Shown one piece after another: positions 11,625-22,680 of a DNA stretch of 29,762 nucleotides. The stretch is from Octopus sinensis (lineage: Eukaryota), in contig NW_021833544.1 of assembly GCF_006345805.1 (NCBI RefSeq), positions 1 to 29,762 on the forward strand. The letters run 5' to 3'. Both the position numbers and the translations under genes were made by a program. A model generated the notes under the pieces. That model was not told the DNA's origin. It saw only the letters and a list, made by a program, of their open reading frames with translations, and searched no databases. Numbering within the stretch: the stretch's first letter is position 1; the number at the start of each line of letters is the position of its first letter.

Positions 11625-11987
11625 TCTCTTATTATAAAAGGCAGATTTTATCTGCCTCCCTTTGGAGTTATACAAATCTACAATATAGGATTTCTTCAAT
11701 TACAATTTACCTAGCAGTTTTAAGAGTACAATGCATCGCGTCATGCCAGGTCCAGTTTTTAAAATTTAAACTCCAATTAAGCAAAATTTACAGAAAACTC
11801 ACATTCTGGTGTGTGTGTCAAATGCTTTTCTTAGTCTGGTTTACACCACACGCAAACGCACACACACAGTGGGCAACGAATAAAATGAAAGTAATTGACT
11901 TACTGTAGTGAGTGATTCTTTCACTCTGCTTCCCACTTCCTCTTTCCACACATACACACGCAAATATATAAATAAAATTGTAAGCTA

Positions 11988-12085
11988 ACGTGCGTGTGTG
12001 TGAGTGGGTGTGTGTGGGTGTGCGCGCGTGTGTGTGTGTGTGAGGGTGCGTGTGTGTGTGTGTGTGCGTGTGCGTGAGTGTGTGA
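11988..12085. repeat. (GT/GC)n microsatellite
   Basis: Directly visible. Confidence 0.9.
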
Positions 12086-12135
12086 TAGGAAAGTTTTTTA
12101 CGACGAATATAACACCTATATCCAAGTAGCAGAAA

Positions 12136-12508
12136 GATAAGACAGTAAGGTGTGATTTGAGGGAGATTTGGCTGCTATTTCTACCATGTCTAGCTGCCAT
12201 GTAGGGGTCTCCCTCATAGGCTCATACATACATATATACATAGATAAGACAGTAAGGTGTGATTTGGGGGAAATTTGATGCTATTTCTACCAGGTCTAGC
12301 TGCCATGTAGGGGTCTCCCTCATAGGCTCATACATACATATATACATAGATAAGACAGTAAGGTGTGATTTGGGGGAAATTTGGCTGCTATTTCTACCAG
12401 GTCTAGCTACAATGTAGAGGTCCCCCTCATTGGCTCATATATATATACATACATAAGACAGTAAGGTGTGATTTGAGGGAGATTTGGCTGCTGTTTCTAC
12501 CAGGTCTG
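12136..12508 (+). repeat. ~106-bp tandem repeat, 3.5 copies
   Basis: gataagacagtaaggtgtgatttg at 12136, 12243, 12349 and ~12452. Confidence 0.92.
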
Positions 12509-12566
12509 TTAGGCCTTCTCATGTAAACTCAAGCTTTCTCATGCCTTGACCAAAGCAGAGAATGTA

Positions 12567-12860
12567 TTCTTTTATTCTTCTGCTTTTTCCAGCCATTGGT
12601 CTGTGGCCATGCTGGGGCAATGCCTTGAAGAATTGTAGTTTAATGAATCAACTCCACTTTTATTTTGTAAGCATTGTACTTATTCTATCTGTTTCCTTTG
12701 TCAAACCACTAGGTGACAGGGATGTAAACAAACCAACATTTGTTGTCAAGCAGTGGTGGAGGACAATCACAAGCACAGACACGCACACACACACACATAC
12801 ATGCATACACATATACACACATACATACATACATACATATATATATATGTGTGTATATAT
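12567..12860 (-). mobile_element. SINE family A 3' half (diverged)
   Basis: gtggccatgctgggg...cttattctatc...ttgtcaagc matches the reverse complement of 29150-29335. Confidence 0.75.
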
Positions 12861-12863
12861 ATA

Positions 12864-13119
12864 TGCAGCGTGGAAGGTGTTTGTAAGCCATTTAAGAAAC
12901 ACACAAAAACCGTTACATTCACTTCAACATTTAAATTAATTTGCCAAAATATTTTCGTCGCTTTGAGACCGCGACCTGTTCACTGACAAAAATATCTTGC
13001 TAACAGGTCGCGGTCTCAAAGCGATGAAAATATTTTGACAAATTAAATTTAAATGTTGAAGTGAATCTAACGGTTTTTGTGTGTTTCTTAAATGGCTTAT
13101 AAACACCTTCAACGCTGCA
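12864..13119. repeat. ~117-bp inverted repeat, 21-nt loop (Penelope-like fragment)
   Basis: Arms 12864-12980 / 13002-13119, about 6 differences; flanked by (TA)n. Confidence 0.92.
12940..12990 (-). ncRNA. Minimal type-I hammerhead motif with G3-C8 core swap
   Basis: TTTGTCA|GTGAACA|G|GTCGC-GGTCTCAAA-GCGAC|GAAA|ATAT|T|T|TGGCAAA. Helix I 7 bp (one GU), helix II 5 bp, palindromic AATATT helix III. Confidence 0.6.
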
Positions 13120-13279
13120 ACTGTTTTCGTTCCAGCACACGATCTCAGATCAAGTCACTTGCTATGCAAGTACATCTCTGTAACTATATATATATTTATA
13201 TATATATATATGTATATTGGTAAAAACAGTAAGATAACAAAAGAAAGAAAGAGACCTCAATATTATGTAATAGAGGAAA

Positions 13280-13672
13280 TCTTTTATATAAAAGTGAGGT
13301 TGTGTGTCTGTCTCCTACGATTTAGATTCCTAACTACTCCCACATTTTGCGGTGCAGTTTAACCAAAACCAGGTATCTTATAGTCGTGATTCATATCGAG
13401 ACCGTCTGGGTATTAGCGCGCGTCTACGATGAGTCTACGATTTAAAAAAAAATTTACCATCAATTTTCCCATTTTTAATCCATTTTTGACATATATAAGG
13501 GAAGTAACTCTCTAAAATTTATTATTAAATCTCAGAACGTAAAAAGCTACAGTAACACCCCTCCCCCTTTGTGGTTAGCCATATTGAGATGGCTATTATA
13601 CTTTACATCTCTAAAAATGCTTATATAATTATTTCCCTTACAAACCCGAGCAACGCCGGGCGATACTGCTAG
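13280..13672 (+). mobile_element. Shorter non-autonomous Helitron H1 variant
   Basis: A|TCTTTTATATAAAA...aacccgagcaacgccgggcgatactgCTAG|T; inserted between A and T; shares blocks with 9084-9754. Confidence 0.9.
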
Positions 13673-13753
13673 TATATATATATATATGTAGGTCCCGGGT
13701 TGAGTCAGGGTAAACCACAGTAAATAAGGTACTCAATACATAGCAGAGTAAAG

Positions 13754-13879
13754 TAATTTATTTTATAGAAGGAGCTTCTACAGGACTAGAACTGTTTCAT
13801 TCAGATGAAATCTTCAGGAGCTTCCTGAAGATTTCATCTGAATGAAACAGTTCTAGTCCTGTAGAAGCTCCTTCTATAA

Positions 13880-13888
<9 letters not shown>
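13754..13888. repeat. Perfect 66-bp inverted repeat, 3-nt loop
   Basis: 13754-13819 is the exact reverse complement of 13823-13888. Confidence 0.97.
13817..13871 (+). ncRNA. Type-I hammerhead ribozyme motif, canonical core
   Basis: GGAGCTTC|CTGAAGA|T-TTC-ATCT-GAA-T|GAA|ACAG-TTCTAGTC-CTGT|A|GAAGCTCC. Helix I 8 bp, helix III 4 bp, GUA triplet at 13861-13863; only oddity is a U.U closing pair of helix II. Confidence 0.75.
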
Positions 13889-13917
<29 letters not shown>

Positions 13918-14116
13918 CACTAATACCTCGATTTTAGCATGACGTGTATTTATAGTGAGTGTATAATGAAATGTGGAAATTGACGATTTAAAGTCTGTTA
14001 TCAGCATATTGGCATGGAAATATTTTTTCTTTTGTCCTTGTTTATAAGTTATATATATATACTTGCAGAAATACCTAGCATTACTCGGGATTAAACTGGT
14101 ATAGTTTTTTATTGGT

Positions 14117-14371
14117 TTACTTGTTTCAGTCATGTGACTCTGGCCATGCTGGAGCACCGCCTTTAGTCAAACACATCTTCATCAGGATTTGTTCTTTGTA
14201 AGCCTAGCACTTATTCTATCGGTGTCTTTTTCTGAACCGCTTAGTTACGGGGACATAAACATAGCAACATCAGTTGTCAAGCAAAGGTGTACTAAGGTGT
14301 ACAAACATACACATACACATATGTGCGTGCAAATATACACATATATATATGACAGTTTTCTTTCAGTTTCA
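14117..14371 (-). mobile_element. SINE family A 3' part, interrupted by family B (continues at ~15285-15335)
   Basis: Ends in ttctttcagtttc; the expected continuation aaatccactcacaaggctttggtcgg appears after the family B insert. Confidence 0.82.
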
Positions 14372-15280
<909 letters not shown>

Positions 15281-15444
15281 TGATTTCTATGTCTGAAATC
15301 CACTCACAAGGCTTTGGTCGGCCTGAGGCTATAGTATATATATGTCAAAACAAATTAGGAAAATGGAAACAAAGTAATAAATTGAATAATTGAATCAATA
15401 AATGATAAATTCAATCCAGTTTTATTATTTCTGTATAAACAAAA

Positions 15445-16042
15445 GACAAATCAAGTTACACCTGTTTCTATTTCATTAACTAGGCTTTGTTTAAGAGTAC
15501 AAATTACCTTTTTTTAAAAAATATAACGAGGTTTCTTCAGACAGACATATATTTAAAAAATATTTTATAAAAATATATATAGGCGCAGGAGTGGCTGTGT
15601 GGTAAGTAGCTTGCTTACCAACCACATGGTTCCGGGTTCAGTCCCACTGCATGGCACCTTGGGCAAGTGTCTTCTACTATAGCCTCGGGCCGACCAAAGC
15701 CTTGTGAGTGGATTTGGTAGATGGAAACTGAAAGAAGCCCATCGTATATATGTATATATATATATATATATACATATATATGTGTGTGTGTGTTTGTGTG
15801 TCTGTGTTTGTCCCCCTTAGCATCGCTTGACAACCGATGCTGGTGTGTTTACGTCCCCGTCACTTAGTGGTTCGGCAAAAGAGACCGATAGAATAAGTAC
15901 TGGGCTTACAAAAGTTGATGACAAATCAAATTACAGCTGTTTCTATTTCATTAACTAGGCTTTGTTTAAGATTACAAATTACCTTTTTTTTAAAAATATA
16001 ACGAGGTTTCTTCAGACAGACATATATTTAAAAAATATTTTA
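15445..16042 (+). repeat. 123-bp direct repeats flanking a 3'-truncated SINE A (15582-15914)
   Basis: 15445-15567 matches 15920-16042 with a few substitutions and homopolymer differences. Confidence 0.9.
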
Positions 16043-16099
16043 AGAAAATAACAAATAAACATTCTCTATAAGTATAAAAACATTTAAAATGCACTATAG

Positions 16100-16508
16100 T
16101 ACTCTTTACTCTTTTACTTGTTTCAGTCATTTGACTGTGGCCATGCTGGAGCACCGCCTTTAATCGAGCAAATCGACCCCGGGACTTATTCTTTTGTAAG
16201 CCCAGTACTTATTCTATCAGTCTCTTTTGCCGAACCGCTAAGTGACGGGGACATAAACACACCAGCATCGGTTGTCAAGCAATGCTAGGGGGACAAACAC
16301 AGACACTCAAACACGCACACACACATATATATATATACATATATACGACGGGCTTCTTTCAGTTTCCTTCTACCAAATCCACTCACAAGGCATTGGTCGG
16401 CCCGGGGCTATAGCAGAAGACACTTGCCCAAGATGCCACGCAGTGGGACTGAACCCGGAACCATGTGGTTGGTAAGCAAGCTACTTACCACACAGCCACT
16501 CCTGCGCC
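16100..16508 (-). mobile_element. Full-length SINE family A
   Basis: tRNA-like head, CORE-like gggcaag block, internal (TA)(TG), 3' tail ending (GAGTAAAA)n. Confidence 0.92.
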
Positions 16509-16610
16509 TGAGTGAGCTTAATAATAAATAAACTAACCAAAATTTCATAAATTCTTAAATTCTAATCTACTAGTATCTAGTTCTATAGAACGATCATGTA
16601 CTCCTTATAC

Positions 16611-16827
16611 CAGTGGTTTTCAACCAGGGTTCTGCGGAATCTTAGGGTTCCGCCAGTACAGCCCAGGGGTTCCGCAAGAAGTTACAAAACTGCTAAAATC
16701 GACAGTAATTTTTAATTCTCCTGTGCAGATGTGTGCATAGGACTATTAAATTATTGCACAGGGGTTCCTCGAGCCAGTGAAATTTTTTGTTGGGGTTCCG
16801 CTCCAGCAAAAAGGTTGAAAAGCACTG
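16611..16827. mobile_element. hAT (Charlie-like) MITE
   Basis: TIRs CAGTGGTTTTCAACC / GGTTGAAAAGCACTG (1 mismatch); perfect 8-bp TSD CCTTATAC at 16603-16610 and 16828-16835. Confidence 0.95.
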
Positions 16828-16844
16828 CCTTATACTATGGTAAT

Positions 16845-17756
16845 CCCCTTGAGAGGACCTCTCATATAGATGCATGGTGCATATAAAGACACATATTAAC
16901 AGATAAAAATCATCTGCTATGGGTGCCAGAACTGTCAGGTCATGTGGTTTCGATACGCTGCATCTTTTCAATGATAGCTGTTCACAAACTCCATACTGTA
17001 GTTATATATATATTTATATCATCTGCCACCGATGTAAATATGAATATTTTTATGCACCATGCATCCATACAAGAGGTCTTCTTTTGGTAAATAATTCAAT
17101 ATTTGGTGTTCTTATAAAACATCCACATTAAGTTGCTTTTTGGTATTAATTCTGCTTCCATTGCTAATAAATATTCCTTAATAAATGTACTGGTTATTTG
17201 CAACATCAGTGCTTGAAGTCACTGAAACCCTATATATCATTGGCAATAAGATTTGGCTTGTATACAGCTTACAGATGGTTGTCACTGAAGAGATGCAGCA
17301 TGCTAAAATTATGTGACCTGGCAGCTCCAGCACCTATAGCTGCCACTGAAGAGGTGCAGTATGTTGAAATCCTGTGACCTGGTAACTCCAGCATCCATAG
17401 CAGACAATTCTCATCTACCATTGATATTTGTGTGCTTTTATGCAGTATGTGTCTATATGAAAGGTCCTCTCGGAACAAACTGCCAGCATCAGTTGTTAGT
17501 TGTCGGAGCACTGCATCCGTCAAAACTTCCATGCTTCCTGAGAGATTCGCCAACACTACACCTGATTTTCTCCCCTCCATACACACACGCAAGCATGTAT
17601 CTGACTCATACACTGTTCACTCTCCAGACATTTGTACATTACTGCATATGCTTTATATGCACTTTTGACAAGTTGTGGTGCACCTGAGCACTGTATACAA
17701 TAATTTCATTATTATTATTATTATTATTATTATCATTATTATTATTATTATTATTA

Positions 17757-17790
<34 letters not shown>

Positions 17791-18330
17791 CATCATTATT
17801 ATTATATCCTCATCATTATCGTTAACATCTTCCTTCCATGCTGGCATGGGTTGGACAGTTTGGCAGAAGCCTGCACCATACCTCCGTGTCTGTTTTGGCA
17901 CACTTTTTACAACTGGATGCCCTTCCTAACAGCAACCACCCCACAGAATAGGCTAACACTGTAGATGTAACAAAACATCTATGTTAAGTTGGATATAACA
18001 ATTGCCTTTTGGTGTTAATATTACTTCTGTTGCTAATAATTATTTCATAATAAACTTGCTGGCTATTTGCAATATCAGTGAAATCTTATATATTATTGGT
18101 AATAAGATTTTGCTTGTATATAGCTTACAGATGTCTGTCACTGAAGAGACGCAGTATGTTGAAATTATGTGACCTGGCAGCTCCAGCACCCATAACAGAC
18201 AATTCTCATCTGCCGTTGATAGATGTGTGCTTCTATGCAGCATGCGTCTATATGAGAGGTCCTCTCGAAATGAATACTGCAATATTTGGCATTCTAACAA
18301 AACACCCACGTTAAGATGGATATAAAAATT
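16845..18330. repeat. Diverged ~327-bp repeat family (direct copies plus one inverted partial)
   Basis: Full unit 17984-18310; copies at ~17020-17130 (end) and 17130-17475 (with an internal 60-bp duplication); inverted copy at 16845-16980. Confidence 0.8.
17700..17945 (-). mobile_element. Family B 3' fragment with expanded (ATT/ATC)n tail
   Basis: ttccatgctggcatgggttggacag...ggatgcccttcctaac preceded by a triplet run. Confidence 0.75.
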
Positions 18331-19002
18331 GCATAAAGTCAATGTTTATTAAAAACATGTCAATTCCAAAATTTAATGAAATTTACAGACAGCATTTAAT
18401 TCTTTTTTTATGAATGCTCGTTATCAAATTAAAGACTGTTTGGTCCAGGTACTGCTGATTATATGAAACAATAGAATTACAAACATCAAGAAATATTCTG
18501 TTTGGTATTTGTACACATTCTCTTTCAATGGTTACCCTCAATTTGAAAGTTGCTGGTTTTGTACCATAAATTTTATCGTTTAAGTCTCCTCATAAGGTGC
18601 AGAAGTAGCTACCGGCAGTCAACAGTGTTCTTTCCATTGCTACATCTCGTCTAAACCTTATCGATTTGGCTATAATCTTTTTGTTTGCTTTTAGTGAGAC
18701 ACACCAGTGGAAAGGGCGAAAATAAAAAGGTAAAATGGAATAATATGGTTTTGTTGTCATGCTGTGCCTTCATCATCTGAGTCCATGAAACAGCTTAAAT
18801 CTTGAATCATCATCATCATCATCATCATTATCATCATTTAGCGTCTGTTTTCCATGCTGGCATGGGTTGGCTGTAGCTGAGAGAAAAATCCCTACCATCT
18901 CCAGCACTGAGACCACCAGATCACATGATTTCAACCTTCCTTAGTCTTTTCAGTGACAGGCACCCGACTGCCAGAGATGGATATTTGCAGAAATACAGCA
19001 CC

Positions 19003-19495
19003 CTATGCATTTCATTTTCAGTTTTCATTTTATACAGTTTCAGCTCACGAGCTGTGGCCATGCTGGGGCACCGCCATTCGGTGTTGCTACATGATCTTAC
19101 TTCATGAATGCTTTTTAGCAATTGATATTTGGTGCATGAGAGAGTTTGATGCAGCTGCCCTCATCAGCACCTCCTGCTGTGAAATTGGTTCATCTGGGAC
19201 ACCTGACAGGAAGAGATCTAGCTTTATTTTAAAGACATCTGCATCCACCCCATGCAGGTCTCTCAGGTCTTTCGGGAGGATATTGAAGAGCTGTGGACCT
19301 CTGAAGCCCAGGCTATCACAGTATCTTGTCCTACATCTTGATGGCAAATTTGGAGTCCTTGGTACTATGCAGTGGCGCCCAGTTCTAGTATTTGTGTAAC
19401 TCTCGATGCCAAAGTTTGGGACAAGTCCTTCCAGGATCTTCCAGATGTATATTATGGCATATCTTTCTTGCCTACGCTCTAAGGAATAGAGTGTA
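19003..19495 (-). mobile_element. CR1-type LINE 3' end (ORF2 C-terminus, 3' UTR, (TGAAAA)n tail), copy 1
   Basis: LYSLERRQERYAIIYIWKILEGLVPN...RGPQLFNILP...FKIKLDLFLSGVPDEP...RAAASNSL; stop at 19104-19102. Confidence 0.8.
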
Positions 19496-19796
19496 GGCGA
19501 GAAGAAAACAGAGGAGGTACATTTCTCACCGAAGACCATGAAACAGTTTAAATCTTGAAACATCATCATCATGATCATCATCATCATCAACAGCTTAAAT
19601 CTTGAAACATCATCATCATCATCATCATCATTTAGCATCTGTTTTCCATGCTGGCATGGGTTGGTTGTAGCTGAGAGAAAAATCCCCACCATCTCCAGCG
19701 CCGAGACCACCAGATCACGGGATTTCAACCTTCCTTAGTCTTTTCAGTGATAGGCACCCGACTACCAGAGATGGATATTTGCAGAAATATGGCACC

Positions 19797-20289
19797 CTAT
19801 GCATTTCATTTTCATTTTTCATTTTATACAGTTTCAGCTCACGAGCTGTGGCCATGCTGGGGCACTGCCATTCGGTGTTGCTACATGATCTTACTTCATG
19901 AATGCTTTTTAGCAATTGACATTTGGTGCATGAGAGAGTTTGATGCAGCTGCCCTCATTAGCACCTCCTGCTGTGAAGTTGGTTCATCTGGGACACCTGA
20001 CAGGAAGAGATCCAGTTTTATTTTAAAGACATCTGCATCCACCCCATGCAGGTCTCTCAGGTCTTTCGGGAGGATATTGAAGAGCTGTGGACCTCTGAAG
20101 CCCAGGCTATCACAGTATCTTGCCCTACATCTTGATGGCAAATTTGGAGTTCTTGGCACTATGCAGTGGTGCCCAGTTCTAGTATTTGTGTAACTCTCGA
20201 TGCCAAAGTTTGGGACAAGTCCTTCCAGGATCTTCCAGATGTATATTATGGCATATCTTTCTTGCCTACGCTCTAAGGAATAGAGTGTA
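19797..20289 (-). mobile_element. CR1-type LINE 3' end, copy 2
   Basis: Same peptide (ORF 19896-20381). Confidence 0.8.
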
Positions 20290-20549
20290 GGCGAGAAGAA
20301 AACAGAGGAGGTACATTTCTCACTGCAGACACTTTGTATGCAATGCTCTTCGTGCGTTGCATCACTGCAATCGTCTGACAAGCGTTACCTGCGCTTGACT
20401 ATTCTTTCCATTGCTACATTGTGTGTAAACCTTATTGATTCGGCTTTTTAATCGTTTTGTTTGCTTTTAGTGGAACTCACAACCAGCTGCTGTTCTGATG
20501 ACTCCAACAATAAGGACAACCATCTCTGCTAACATCAATATCGTCTTAG

Positions 20550-20620
20550 CCATTATCATCATCATCATCATCATCATTGCTGCTGTCATTGCTGTCGTCA
20601 TCATTGATGAGGATGAAGAC

Positions 20621-20680
<60 letters not shown>

Positions 20681-21612
20681 GATGATGATGATGGTAATGG
20701 TGGTGTTAGATGGTGGTGGTAATGATGAGGATGAAGACGATGATGATTGGTATAGTGGTGGTGGTGGTAGTGGTGGTGGTGGTGGCTGCGGCGGTGGTGG
20801 TTGAGATGGTAGCGGCGTTGGTGGTGGTGATGGTGGTGGTGGTGGTGGTGATGGTGGTGGTGGCGGCGGCGGTGGTTGCTGTTGGTGGTAGTGGTGGCTG
20901 GTGGTGGTGGTGTGGATGATCATGATGATGGTGGTGGTGGTGGTGGTGGTGGTGGTGGTTGTAGTGGTGATGGTGGTAGTGGAAGTGGTGGTCACAATGA
21001 CAATGATGATGATGGTGATGATTGAGGTAGTGGTGGTGGTGGTGGTGGTGGTGGTGGTGGTGGTTGTTGGTGGTAGTGGTGGTTGGTGGTGGTGGTGGTG
21101 TGGATGATCATGATGATGGTGATTGATGATGGTGGTGGTGGTGGTGGTGGTGGCGGTGGTGGTGGTGGTTGTGGTGGTGATGGTGGTAGTGGAAGTGGTG
21201 GTCACAATGACAATGATGATGATGGTGATGATTGAGGTAGTGGTGGTGGTGGTGATGATAATGACAATTGGTAATGCGGATGATGATGATGATGATGATG
21301 ATGATGGTAATGGTGGTGGTGGATGGTGGTGGTAATGATGAGTATGAAGACGATGATGATTGATATGGTGGTGGTGGTGGTGGTGGTGGCGGTGGTTGTT
21401 GTTGGTGGTAGTGGTGGTTGGTGGTGGTGGTGTCGATGATCATGATGATGGCGATTGATGATGGTGGCGGTGGTGGTGGTGGCGGTGGTGGTGGTGGTTG
21501 TGGTGGTGATGGTGGTAGTGGAAGTGGTGGTGGTCAAAATGACAATGATGATGATGGTGATGATTGAGGTAGTGGTGGTGGTGGTAGTGATGATAATGAC
21601 AATTGGCAATGC

Positions 21613-21644
<32 letters not shown>

Positions 21645-21689
21645 GTGATGGTGATGGTGATGATGATGATGATGATGGTGATGGTGGTG

Positions 21690-21721
<32 letters not shown>

Positions 21722-22379
21722 GATGATGATGTCATCATTGACAACACATTGACTGCCACTATGGCGAACATCAGTGTTATCGTCCCCATTATTGCTGTTG
21801 TCATTGTTGCTCTCACCACCACTATCAACATCGTCATCTTCCGCATTGTCATCATCATCGCCATCATTATCCTCATCATTATCATCACTGACATTGTCAT
21901 CACTGCCACCATCATCACCATCAACACTGCCATCATCGACACCACCACCACCACCACCACCACCACCACCACAACCACTACTATTACCACCGCTACAACT
22001 TTGTCAATCACCATCAGCATCATCACCATCCACATCATCTGCGTCATCGTCATCATCATCCCCATTGCCCATCAATATTATCACCGCAGTCATCGCTACC
22101 TCAATCATCACCGTCATCGTTGTCATCGTAACCACCACCACCTCAACCACCACCACCACCACCATCATCATCAATCACCATCATCATGATCATCCACACC
22201 GCCACCACCACCACCACCACCATCACCACCAACACCAACCACCAACACCAACCACCAACACCACCAACGCTGCCGCCATCTCAACCGCTGCCGCAGCAAC
22301 CACCACCACCACTACTACCACTACATCAATCATCATCGTCTCCATCCTCATCATTACCACCATCATTACCATCATCATC

Positions 22380-22410
<31 letters not shown>

Positions 22411-22443
22411 GAACCATCATCATCATCATCATCATCATCATCG

Positions 22444-22474
<31 letters not shown>

Positions 22475-22500
22475 CATCACCATCATCATCTTCATCATCG

Positions 22501-22555
<55 letters not shown>

Positions 22556-22586
22556 CTTCATCGTCGTCGTCGTCATCATCATCATC

Positions 22587-22618
<32 letters not shown>

Positions 22619-22635
22619 CTTCATCGTCGTCGTCG

Positions 22636-22671
<36 letters not shown>

Positions 22672-22680
22672 CCTCCTCCC
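20550..22680. repeat. Complex triplet-repeat domain (GGT/GAT-rich then ACC/ATC-rich) with higher-order and inverted structure
   Basis: Strand bias flips near 21730. agtggaagtggtggtc.caatgacaatg recurs at 20978, 21188 and 21517; reverse-complement homologues lie at 22050-22390. Confidence 0.88.

Larger units (their letters stand above)
7882..11894 (+). repeat. ~1.87-kb tandem duplication (2 full units plus ~270-bp third start)
   Basis: tcttattataaaaggcag starts at 7882, 9757 and 11627; the units are collinear; the third copy diverges after aataaaatgaaagtaa. Confidence 0.95.
18783..20323. repeat. ~760-790-bp tandem duplication of a composite retroelement block
   Basis: ccatgaaacag.ttaaatcttgaa at 18783 and 19538; internal offset 794; scattered substitutions, mostly transitions. 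Confidence 0.93.
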
